Part shown: positions 1-9,157 of the stretch, one piece after another
How the letters are laid out: each line of letters begins with the position of its first letter
Numbering within the stretch: the first letter of the stretch is position 1
Notes under the pieces: generated by a model
Databases searched by the model: none
What the model was told of the DNA's origin: nothing
The model's input: the letters and a program-made list of their open reading frames with translations, nothing else
NCBI GenBank assembly: GCA_963831425.1
Contig: CAWHQC010000031.1
Location: 410,252-474,251, forward strand
Source: an uncultured Gemmatimonadales bacterium
GTDB taxonomy: Bacteria; Gemmatimonadota; Gemmatimonadetes; Gemmatimonadales; GWC2-71-9
DNA length: 64,000 nt
Reading direction: 5' to 3'
Made by a program: the position numbers and the translations under genes

Positions 1-1
1 T

Positions 2-328
2 CTCCAGGCGCCGCCCCGCATTCCGGCGGTGCTGGTGACGCTCGATGCGGTGGCCCAGCCGGGCAAGGCGCCCAGCGAAGGCAACCTGACGGCGCTCCGC
101 ACGGGCGTCAGCTCGCTGGAGTCCGCCATGCGCGCCGACTTCACCCGGGCGGGTGAGGCCGACACCGGTGCGTTCCACGAGCTGTCGGATTCAATCGCCC
201 GTCAGCTCGGCGGTGGGGCTGGTGGCGTGGCCGAGAAGCTGGATCATTCCGAACTCCGGCGGGTCTCGAGTCAAGTCCGGCGTCTGATCGACCTCTATCA
301 GGAGCGGATGAAGGTCGCCGGGAAGTAG
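2..328 (+). CDS. 3' end of a hypothetical helical protein (5'-truncated by the window edge)
   Basis: Frame open from position 2 to TAG at 326-328 with GC3-rich codons; no recognisable motif. Confidence 0.6.
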   Translation, partial: LQAPPRIPAVLVTLDAVAQPGKAPSEGNLTALRTGVSSLESAMRADFTRAGEADTGAFHELSDSIARQLGGGAGGVAEKLDHSELRRVSSQVRRLIDLYQERMKVAGK

Positions 329-531
329 ACCGGTAACCCAGTCCCGAGCAGCCGGTCATTCATGCAGAGCCTGTGCTCCCCGTCTGCCTTCTCGTCCTTC
401 CAGTCCGCCGTTCTGACCGAAACGGTGCCGGGTGCCCCGGCACGCCTGCTGCTATTTGCCGATCCGCGAGGGCGTCGACAGTGTGTCGGCGCGCCTGAAA
501 CCATCAACCCAATGTCGTGTGGAGGCAATCC

Positions 532-1083
532 ATGTACGTGACCCCCGCTCGGCGCTCGCTGGACCCCATGACGAGTCTGCGGCGCCTCAACTCCGTCCTC
601 GATGAGGCGTTCAGCGCCTGGCCGTTCCAGAATCAGGAAGACGGCACGTTGACCTCCTCCTGGCTCCCCGCCTGCGACGTTTTCGAGGACAAGGACGCGG
701 TAAAGATCGTGGCCGAGATCCCTGGTGTCCGGCCGGAAGACGTGAAGATCTCGCTGGAGAACAACCTGCTGACCATCCGCGGTGAGAAGCAGCAGCAGGC
801 AGAGGAGAACAACGAGCGGGTGCACCGCTACGAGCGGAGCTACGGGACGTTCGAGCGCACGTTCGTGCTTCCCAACACCGTCGATCCCGAGCGGATCGAG
901 GCGCACTCGGGTGACGGAATCCTGACGGTGCTTATCCCCAAGTCGGAGCAGGCGCGCCCGCGCGAGATCCCGGTCCGCGCCTCGGCGGGCAAGAGCGCGG
1001 GGTCGGTGAGCGCCGGCAGCAAGCGACCGTCTCTCAATCGTGACCCTGAAGAGGAAGGCTCCGCCGGCAAGACCCGCGCGTGA
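532..1083 (+). CDS. Small heat-shock protein, Hsp20/alpha-crystallin family
   Basis: GGAGG RBS at 521-525; motifs PACDVFED, AEIPGV, ERSYGTFERTFVLP, GILTVLIPK, IPV tail. Confidence 0.95.
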   Translation: MYVTPARRSLDPMTSLRRLNSVLDEAFSAWPFQNQEDGTLTSSWLPACDVFEDKDAVKIVAEIPGVRPEDVKISLENNLLTIRGEKQQQAEENNERVHRYERSYGTFERTFVLPNTVDPERIEAHSGDGILTVLIPKSEQARPREIPVRASAGKSAGSVSAGSKRPSLNRDPEEEGSAGKTRA

Positions 1084-1172
1084 CCGGCTCGTCGCCCCTC
1101 CGTACTTCTACGGAGGGGCACTCCGGTGGGATGCGGATTGTCCCGTTTCCCACCGGAATGTAGCCTTCGGGC

Positions 1173-2414
1173 GTGCCCCAGGATCTGGTCTTCCACGTTC
1201 TTGGCGTAAGCCACCACACAGCCGGGGTCGGCGTCCGGGAGCAGTTGGCTTGCGCCCCCGCCGAACTGGCGTCCGTGCTCGCCCAGGAGCAGGCCACCGG
1301 ACGTTCGGCCCTGCTCCTGTTCACCTGCAACCGTTGCGAGCTCTACTGGTGCGGGCCGCAGGATCGCGAGCCCTGGTTTCGCGCGCTTGCCGAAGCCAGA
1401 GGGGTCAGCCTGGACGGTCAGATCGTCCGGCGTGATGGATACGAGGCCGTGCGCCACCTGTTCACGGTGGCCGCCGGCCTCGATTCGCAGATTCTTGGCG
1501 AGACCGAGATCCTCGGCCAGGTGCGGCGCGCCTACGACGCCGCGCGCGCGGCCGGCACGACCACTCGGGAGATGGACGCGATCTTCTCGGCAGCGCTCGC
1601 GACCGGCCGGCGGGTGCGTCACGAAACAATGCTCGGCCGCCACCCCGGGTCGGTCAGCTCGGCGGCCGTGGAGCTCGCCGCCAAGGAGTGGAGTGACGGT
1701 CTCGTGGCAAGGCAGGTGGTGGTGCTTGGGGCAGGCGAGGCAGCCGAGGGCGTGCTCCGGTCCCTGCACCTGCGCGGAGTGAGGAGTGTGGCGCTGGTGA
1801 ATCGGAGCGCGGACCGCGCCAGCGTGCTCGCGGCCGCGTGGGGTGCCGAACCGCATGGATGGGAGGCGTTGCCGGGCCTGGCGGCCGCCGCGGATCTGCT
1901 GGTGGTGGCAACCTCGGCATCGCGGCCGGTCCTGAGCTCCGAGCAGCTCGTCGAGGCCAGGGCGGGGCGCCGACTCGTCGTCGTGGATCTCGGCATGCCG
2001 CGGAACGTGCAACCCGAGGTCCGGCGCCTCCCGGGCGTGCAGCTCTTCGATCTCGACGATCTCCAGCGGCTCTGCTGCCCGGCCGCGGCCGCCCCGGCCG
2101 CCGCCCTGCGCGACGCGGAGCGCCTGCTGGAGGAGGAGATCATCCGCCTCGAGCGTTCGCTCCGGGGGAGGGCCGCGGCGCCCCGGCTGACCGAGCTGCA
2201 CCGCCTGGGGGTGCAGATGGCCGAGCAGGAGTCGGACTGGGCGCTGGCCCAACTGGCCAATCTGTCAGAGCAGGAGCAGGGGGTGGTGCGCGAGATGGCG
2301 GAACGCCTGGTGCGCCGCGTGCTCTATCCGGTGAGCCGGACGCGCATCCGCGAGAGAGTAAATCAGTCCCTGGTGCCTGCCGCCTGCACCGCGCCCACTC
2401 CATTGATGATCTGA
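1173..2414 (+). CDS. hemA: Glutamyl-tRNA reductase
   Basis: TCNRCELY catalytic motif, HLFTVAAGLDSQILGETEILGQV, GAGEAA NADPH-binding motif, DLGMPRNV; the extreme 3' end may be frameshifted. Confidence 0.93.
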   Translation: MPQDLVFHVLGVSHHTAGVGVREQLACAPAELASVLAQEQATGRSALLLFTCNRCELYWCGPQDREPWFRALAEARGVSLDGQIVRRDGYEAVRHLFTVAAGLDSQILGETEILGQVRRAYDAARAAGTTTREMDAIFSAALATGRRVRHETMLGRHPGSVSSAAVELAAKEWSDGLVARQVVVLGAGEAAEGVLRSLHLRGVRSVALVNRSADRASVLAAAWGAEPHGWEALPGLAAAADLLVVATSASRPVLSSEQLVEARAGRRLVVVDLGMPRNVQPEVRRLPGVQLFDLDDLQRLCCPAAAAPAAALRDAERLLEEEIIRLERSLRGRAAAPRLTELHRLGVQMAEQESDWALAQLANLSEQEQGVVREMAERLVRRVLYPVSRTRIRERVNQSLVPAACTAPTPLMI

Positions 2415-3457
2415 CGACACTGCGGGTTCTCGCACCCGGGGCAACGCGTCCGGTATAGCGTGCTGTGGACCGCTCCCGACGCGAGGTGCTCGCGCACCAC
2501 ATCCGCCAGCGCGTCCAGGAACCGCGGACGATCGTTGAGCGCGGGGGTCCGCCGGTACTGCGTAATCCCCGATCGGTGCGCCACCTCGCCGTACTCGCGG
2601 TCGAGCTCGGACAGCGTCTCGATGTGATCGCTGGTGAACGCGATGGGGACGACGAGGAGCTCCTTCTGGCCCCGGGCCCCCAGGCGCCGGATGACCCGCT
2701 CCGTGCTCGGGCCGAGCCAGCGGACCGGACCGACCTCCGACTGGTACGCGAGGAGATATGGATTGGGCCGGCCGAGCCGCTCGACGACGGCCTGCACGCT
2801 GGCGCCGATCTCCTGCGGATAGGAGTCGCCCCGATCGATGACCTCGAGCGGAAGCGAGTGCGCGCTGAACAGGAGGAGCACCCGGTCGCGGTCCGCCGGG
2901 TCGAACCGATCCAATCCCTCCCGCACGGTCTCGGTCATTGCCTCGACGAATCCATCGTGCACCGGCCAGCGGTCGATGATGCTCCACTCGAACGCGCGCT
3001 GCAGCCCGGTCCGCTCCGCGGCGCGCCAGAGCTCGTTCAAGCTCGAGCCCGTGGTGCTGCAGGAGAATTGGGGATACTGGGTAAAGGCCACGGCATGCTC
3101 CACGCCGTCCGCGGCCATCGCGCGGAGGGCATCCTCACTCTTGGGCTGGGCATACCGAAAGGCCACGTAGTACCCGTGGGGCGCGGTCTCCGGCGAAAGC
3201 CGGTCCAGCCGCTCCACCATCCCACGCCCCTGGGCCTCCGTGTACCGGAGGATCGGGGAGCCCCCGCCGATCTTCTCGTAAAGCCCGCGCACCTTCGGCG
3301 CCCGCCGCCTGGCGATGAACGGGCCGAGCCAGCGCTGCATCGGGAGTCGAATGATCTCCCGATCCGCAAACAGCTCGAGCAGGAACGGCTCGACCTCCGC
3401 CAGGTTGGCGGGGCCGCCGAGGTTCAGCATGACGATGCCGGTTCTGACCTTGCTCAT
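2363..3457 (-). CDS. hemH: Ferrochelatase with C-terminal Cys cluster
   Basis: MLNLGGP, IGGGSP, YPQFSCSTTGSS, FSAHSLP, WLGPST, FTSDHIETL motifs; C-terminal CPGCENPQC. Confidence 0.95.
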   Translation of the reverse strand: MSKVRTGIVMLNLGGPANLAEVEPFLLELFADREIIRLPMQRWLGPFIARRRAPKVRGLYEKIGGGSPILRYTEAQGRGMVERLDRLSPETAPHGYYVAFRYAQPKSEDALRAMAADGVEHAVAFTQYPQFSCSTTGSSLNELWRAAERTGLQRAFEWSIIDRWPVHDGFVEAMTETVREGLDRFDPADRDRVLLLFSAHSLPLEVIDRGDSYPQEIGASVQAVVERLGRPNPYLLAYQSEVGPVRWLGPSTERVIRRLGARGQKELLVVPIAFTSDHIETLSELDREYGEVAHRSGITQYRRTPALNDRPRFLDALADVVREHLASGAVHSTLYRTRCPGCENPQCRQIINGVGAVQAAGTRD

Positions 3458-3473
3458 GGCGGCAATATAACGG

Positions 3474-4124
3474 CTAGGGGAGCAGCCTCTCCTCCAGCGC
3501 GATCCTGGTGAGCCCCGCCACCGTGTAGACGCCCAGCTTGCGCATGAGGCTCTCGCGGTGGCTTTCCACAGTGCGGTGGCTGATGCCAAGCTCCTGTGCC
3601 ATCTGCTTGTTCGTCTGCCCCCGAGCCACGCCGACAAGCACCTGGCGCTCCCGCGCCGTGAGCTGCGCGAGCACCTCGGCGGCGCCGCCCACTTCGCCTC
3701 GCACCACGGCCCCGAGCCGGTAGGCCACGGGCGGGCTGAAGAAGGATTCGCCACGGCACACCGCCCGGATTGCGTCGCCCAGCTCTGCCGCCGCGCCGTC
3801 CTTGAGCAGGTAGCCGTGCACCCCCGCCCGGAGGCTCTCGAGCACGTACTCGGTATTGTCGTGCATGCTGAGGATGAGCACCCGCGTCTCCGGCGACCCG
3901 CGGCGCAGCTCCGCCGCGGCCTGGATCCCCGTAAGTCCCGGCATGGAGATGTCGAGCACCGCCACATCCGGCCGCAGCGCCAGCGCGAGCGCGACGGCCT
4001 CGGTGCCGGTCGAGGCCTCGGCCACGACCTCGAACCCGGGCTCGCCTTCGAGTACGTGCCGGATGCCGGTGCGGACGATCGCATGGTCGTCCGCCACGAG
4101 GACGCGAATCGCCGGCTCGCTCAT
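3474..4124 (-). CDS. NarL/FixJ-family response regulator (REC + LuxR HTH)
   Basis: VADDH, LDISMP, YLLK, LTARERQVL...ISHRTVESHR. Confidence 0.95.
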   Translation of the reverse strand: MSEPAIRVLVADDHAIVRTGIRHVLEGEPGFEVVAEASTGTEAVALALALRPDVAVLDISMPGLTGIQAAAELRRGSPETRVLILSMHDNTEYVLESLRAGVHGYLLKDGAAAELGDAIRAVCRGESFFSPPVAYRLGAVVRGEVGGAAEVLAQLTARERQVLVGVARGQTNKQMAQELGISHRTVESHRESLMRKLGVYTVAGLTRIALEERLLP

Positions 4125-5896
4125 GTCACGCCCGCTCCGCCAGGCACCAGCACCTCGAGCGACGCGCCGGTCCCCCGCGCTCCACTGAACCGGACGCTCC
4201 CGCCGAGCGCGCTGATCCGCTCCCGCATTCCGGCGAGCCCCATGTGGCCCTCGCGCTCGAGCTGCTCAGGGCTGGCCTCGGGTGGGCCCTGGCCGTCGTC
4301 TCGAACCGTCAGACGGACGCCGCCGGCTTCCGCCGCGATCGCCACTTCGACGCTTCCCGCGCCGGCGTGGCGCCGGACGTTGGAGAGGCCTTCCTGCAGC
4401 GCGCGGAACAGCGCGAGCTCCGCCTCCTTGGAGAGCGGAGGGAGCGTGCCCGGGGCCTCCAGCGCGATGCGAATGGCGCTGTGCGAGCCGAAATCGGCCA
4501 CAAGCGAGCGGAGGGCGGGGAGCAGGCCGAGGTCGTCGAGCAGGGACGGGCGGAGGGCATTCGTCACGCTTCGGATGCTCTGGATCCCGGTGTCGATCAG
4601 GGCGAGGGACCGGTCCAGCCGCTCGGCGTGGACCGGGCCGACAGCGTCCCGGAGTACGCCCAGCTCCATCTTGACCGCGGAAAAGACCTGCGCGGTTTCG
4701 TCGTGCAGCTCGCGCGAGAGGCGCCGGCGCTCGTCCTCGTGCTGCTCGATCATCCGGGCGGAGAGCCGCGCCAGCTCGACGGTGCGGGCCTGGAGCCGAG
4801 CGTAGAGATTGGCGTTCTCGAGCGCGGCGCCCACCTGGTGGCCCAGGGCCACGAGGAACCGGTCGTCCAGAGCCGTGAATGGGTCGCGCGCGTCGCCCAC
4901 CAGCACGAGCGCGCCGATGACTTCGTGGCGCCGGAGGAGGGGAAGCGCCGCCGCGTAGGGGTACGCGGCCCCCGGCTGCGCGCCACGCGCCGGTCACCTG
5001 CGGCCGACCGGTCTCCAGGACGCGGGCGAGGAGTCGCGGCGGCGCCCTGGTCAAGCTCGGCGGCACCCCGCCATTCGCAGACACCGGCGCCGCGCACCAG
5101 CCGGGGCTCTCCCCGGTCGTAGAGGTAGAGCGCGCTGCCGCGGACCGCGGGGAGCGTCAGCGGCCGCGCCAGCAGGGCGGCGAGGACGTCCTGCTCGCGA
5201 CCGGCGGACTGCAGGTCGCCCGAGAGCGCGGACAGCGCGCTGAGCCCGCGGCGAAGGTCGTCGAGCACGAGCAGCAGGATGCCGGCGCCCACTGCCAGCG
5301 CGAGCAGGATGTCGAGGTAATAGCCCCACGGCGCCCAGGCGCCGCGGGCGCGCAGGAACGGGTAATCGAGGTGGTGCAGGCCCCAGAGGCCGAACGCGAC
5401 GGCGAGCAGCGTGGCACCGCTGGACGCGACCCGTCGCCGGTAGCGGAAGAACACCCAGCCGGTCCAGAGCGTGGCCAGGCTGAGAAACGCCACCGCCGGA
5501 CCCGCCGCCCAGGCGAAGTGGTCGAGCCGATAGATCGCGATGTACGACCAGACGCGGTGGGAAGAGGACCACCGCGAGGTACCACGGCCGCCACCGGATC
5601 CGCTGAGAGAAGACGAGCGCGGCGGTGAGCAACGCCAACGCGGTCCAGCCGGTGACGACCTGGTGCCAATAGAGCCATATGCGATTCGAGGTGAGCAGGA
5701 AGCTGGTGATCGCAGCCACGCGGAACAGATAGAGGCCCCAGGCGACCGCCCACCAGGCGAAGTAGGGCTTCCGGTGCCGGTGGAACAGGAACGCGCAGAG
5801 CAGGGCCAGCGCACCCGTGATGGCCGCCTGGAGCAGCGCGGCGTCGAGCTCGAGGTCGTTGGCGGGCGGAAGGATCTCCTGGACCACGGTGCTCAA
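4121..5896 (-). CDS. Membrane sensor histidine kinase (multi-TM + GAF + HisKA_3 + HATPase), frameshifted
   Basis: Pieces in three frames: TM domain (5896-5560, 5560-5050), GAF, ERRRLSRELHDE, QEGLSNVRRHA, DDGQG, GLAGMRER; TTG start overlaps the ALDH stop. Confidence 0.85.
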
Positions 5897-7395
5897 TACC
5901 AGCCGATCGGCTTCTCGTCCAGGTTGATGAACACCTGCTTCGTCTCGAGATACTCCTCCACGCCCCAGTGTCCGAGCTCACGCCCGAACCCCGACGCCTT
6001 GTATCCACCCCAGGGCGCCTCGACGAAGGTGGGCTGCATGTGGTTGACCCACACGATCCCCGCCTCCAGCGCCTTCACGACCCGGAAGGCCTTGAAGATG
6101 TCCCGGGTCCAGACGGCGGCGGCGAGGCCGTAGGGGGTGGCGTTGGCGATCCGGATGGCGTCCGCCTCGTCGGTGAACGGAATCACGCTCATCACCGGGC
6201 CGAAGATCTCCTCCTGCGCGATCCTCGCGGAGTTGTCCACGTCATAGAAGATCGTCGGCTCGACGTACCAGCCCTTGTCGAATTCCGCCGGCACGCCGCC
6301 GCCGGCGGCCAGCTTGGCCTCGGTCCGGCCCACGCGGAGGTAAGCGGCCACCCGGTCGCGCTGCTCGGCGCTCACCAGCGGTCCCATCCTCGTGGTGCGG
6401 TCGAGGCCGGGGCCCAGGCGGATGGTCCTGGCCTTGGCGGCCGCGGCCTCGATGAACTTGCGATAGATGTCCCGCTGGACGAGCACGCGGCTCCCGGCCG
6501 AGCAGACTTCGCCCTGGTTGACGAAGGTGCCGAACAGGGCGCCGTCGACCGCATTCTCGAAATCCGCGTCGCTGAAGAAGATGTTGGGCGATTTACCACC
6601 CAGCTCGAGGGAGACACGCTTGAGCTGGTCGGCGGCGCTCCGCATGATCAGCCTCCCCACCTCGGCACTGCCCGTGAAGGCGATCTTCCGCACGCCACGA
6701 TGCGTCACCAGGGGCGCGCCGGCGCCCGGACCATCGCCGGTGACGACATTGACCACGCCGGGTGGGAGTCCCACAGCCTCGAACTCCCTGGCGAGCTCGA
6801 GCAGGGTGAGCGGTGTCTGCTCGGCCGGCTTGATCACGACGGTGCAGCCGGCCGCGAGGGCGGGGGCGATTTTCCATGCGGCCATCAACAGCGGGTAGTT
6901 CCAGGGGATGATCTGCCCTGCCACGCCCACCGGTTCCCGCAGCGCGAAGGCGATCGCGTCGGCGGGTACCGGCAGCACCTCGCCGTTGATCTTGGTGGCC
7001 AGGCCGCCGTAATACTCGTAGCAGGTGGCGGCGTCATCCATGTCGTACTCGGACTCGACGATCGGTTTGCCCGAATTGAGCGTTTCGAGCTCGGCGAGCT
7101 CGCTTCGCCGGGCGCGGATCCGCTCGGCGAGGCGGAACAGGATGCGTCCACGGTCCTGTGCGCTAACCGCGCGCCAGCCGTCGTCGTAGAAGGCCCGCTG
7201 CGCCGCCCTCACGGCATGGTCCACATCTGCCGCACCGCCGGCGGGGCAGGTGGCGATCACGCCCTCGGTGCTCGGGTCGAACACCTCGAACGTCCCGCCG
7301 CCCGCAGCATGGACGAACTGCCCGTCGATGTACATCTGGTATCGGCGGATATCGGCGTTCGGGGCCGCGCCGCCCGCCCTCGCTGCGCTCGTCAT
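5893..7395 (-). CDS. Aldehyde dehydrogenase (betaine/aminoaldehyde-type)
   Basis: IIPWNYPL, KPAEQTP, FTGS, LELGGKSP, NQGEVCSAGS, EEIFGPV. Confidence 0.95.
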   Translation of the reverse strand: MTSAARAGGAAPNADIRRYQMYIDGQFVHAAGGGTFEVFDPSTEGVIATCPAGGAADVDHAVRAAQRAFYDDGWRAVSAQDRGRILFRLAERIRARRSELAELETLNSGKPIVESEYDMDDAATCYEYYGGLATKINGEVLPVPADAIAFALREPVGVAGQIIPWNYPLLMAAWKIAPALAAGCTVVIKPAEQTPLTLLELAREFEAVGLPPGVVNVVTGDGPGAGAPLVTHRGVRKIAFTGSAEVGRLIMRSAADQLKRVSLELGGKSPNIFFSDADFENAVDGALFGTFVNQGEVCSAGSRVLVQRDIYRKFIEAAAAKARTIRLGPGLDRTTRMGPLVSAEQRDRVAAYLRVGRTEAKLAAGGGVPAEFDKGWYVEPTIFYDVDNSARIAQEEIFGPVMSVIPFTDEADAIRIANATPYGLAAAVWTRDIFKAFRVVKALEAGIVWVNHMQPTFVEAPWGGYKASGFGRELGHWGVEEYLETKQVFINLDEKPIGWY

Positions 7396-7498
7396 CTCTG
7401 CGCCTCCGGTCCGTTCGTGCCGCCGTCGTATGGCTGGAGTCTCTGGCCAATTTACCACCAAGGCACGAACGGCACGAAGGATCCGGACGCCCCCGAGG

Positions 7499-8737
7499 CT
7501 ATGCCGCCATGACCTCGCGCGAGGGCCGGGCACGCAGCTTGGGGCTCACGGTCGGCGGGGTGTCGTCGCGGACCTTCCACGGCATCCCCTCGTGCGCGAG
7601 ACATTCGAGGAACGGATCGGGGTCGAACTCCTCGGGCGAGCGCACCCCGGGGCCGCTCCACCGCCCCTGGTGGATCAGCCGTGCGGCGATGACCGGCGGG
7701 ATCCCGGTCTGGTACGCCGTGGCCTGGACCCCGAGCTCGGCGTAGGCCGCCTCGTGGTCGGTGACGTTGTAGATGTAGCAGGCGCGCGACTGACCGTCCT
7801 TGAGCCCGCGCGCCAGGACGCCGACGCAGGTCTGGCCCTTCATGCGCCCCGCCAGGTCCTTGGGCTGCGGGAGGAGTGACACGACGACGTCACGCGGCAC
7901 GACCGACACGTCGCCTACGCACACCCGGCCCTTGCCCGACAGCCCGAGTCGCTTGATCACGCGCAGGGTCTCGATCGTCGCGTCATCCATGCACATCTTG
8001 AAATCGACCAGCCGCGCCGTCGGGAAGAATCGCGGGAGCGTCCTGGACTCCTCGTGATCCACGTAATAACAGTCGAGTACGCCGAGCTCGGGAAAATCGA
8101 ATGGCTCGCAGCCCGTGAGGGGTGGCTCGAGCTGGTAGCGCCCGTCGCGATACGAGACCGCCCGGCAGAGACATTCGTCGAGGAAGACCCAGGGGCTGAA
8201 CGCCGCCACGAAGCCATCGTGCCCCTGGCAGACGGAATTGTCACCGTCGCGCACGCGCAGCTCGGTAAGCTCGTCGAACAGATGCTTCGCGGCATAGGCG
8301 GCGTAGACGTTGGTGGTGCCGGGATCGGCGCCCATCCCCAGCAGCGCCAGTCGCCCCTCTGCCCGGAACTCGCCGTCGAGCGCAAACTGGTCATCCAGCT
8401 TCGGGATCCCGTCATCGTCGGTGCCGCCACTGGCCATGTCGATGTAGTCGCAACCGGCCGCGAGGCAGGCGCGCATCACGTCGAGGTTGGTGGCCGGGAG
8501 CGCCGCGTTCAGAACGATCGTGGTGCCGGTGTCACGGGCGGTGCGAGCCACGGCGGCACAGTCTCCGGCATCGAGACGGCGGCACGAGACTCGGGGATCA
8601 CGCAGACGGTCCGCCAGGAGGGAAGCGCGGGCGGAGACCGCATCGGCGATGATGAGTTGCTCGAGCATCGCCTCCTGCACGAATTTGAGGGCGGACACGG
8701 TCCCCACCGCGCCGGCGCCCAACATCAGGACTCTCAC
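7499..8737 (-). CDS. Saccharopine dehydrogenase / carboxy(nor)spermidine dehydrogenase family oxidoreductase
   Basis: LGAGAVG Rossmann motif, YIDMA, GMGADPG, DHEE, AYQTGIP, PEEFDPDPFL; GAGGAG RBS. Confidence 0.88.
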   Translation of the reverse strand: MRVLMLGAGAVGTVSALKFVQEAMLEQLIIADAVSARASLLADRLRDPRVSCRRLDAGDCAAVARTARDTGTTIVLNAALPATNLDVMRACLAAGCDYIDMASGGTDDDGIPKLDDQFALDGEFRAEGRLALLGMGADPGTTNVYAAYAAKHLFDELTELRVRDGDNSVCQGHDGFVAAFSPWVFLDECLCRAVSYRDGRYQLEPPLTGCEPFDFPELGVLDCYYVDHEESRTLPRFFPTARLVDFKMCMDDATIETLRVIKRLGLSGKGRVCVGDVSVVPRDVVVSLLPQPKDLAGRMKGQTCVGVLARGLKDGQSRACYIYNVTDHEAAYAELGVQATAYQTGIPPVIAARLIHQGRWSGPGVRSPEEFDPDPFLECLAHEGMPWKVRDDTPPTVSPKLRARPSREVMAA

Positions 8738-9157
8738 AAACTCCTCGTTTCATTGTCGGTGCGGCACTCGGTCTGGTGACAGGGATGGCACAGCCACACC
8801 CGCTCCCTCGCCCCCGCCGCTGATGGGGGCTCGCAGCTCAAGGAGATCGTCAGCCGCGAGAGTGGACCCCCCGCTTGGTCGGAGGGTGCAAACACGCTCG
8901 TCCCGGTGGGGGAGCGTATAGCCATTGTAGCTCCGGAGGCCTACGGGCTGTCCAGCCCCCAGGCGGGCGGCGCCTCGTGATCCAGGGCACGTTGCTCCGA
9001 GGATGCGTCTGCAACCTGTTGCAAGTCAGCGACTTGAGAAGTGATATGCAGGCGCGGTGCATAATCATGAGTTACCCAAGCGCGGCTGCCGCTCGGGACC
9101 GGCGGCGCTTGCCTTGACCCCGTACCTTACCTTCAGTCCTCCGCATTCGAGTCGCTC

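Noticed and set aside
2340-2414. 52-bp convergent overlap of hemA and hemH as a regulatory feature
   Set aside because: The hemA tail beyond YPVSRT does not look like HemA; probably extended by an indel.
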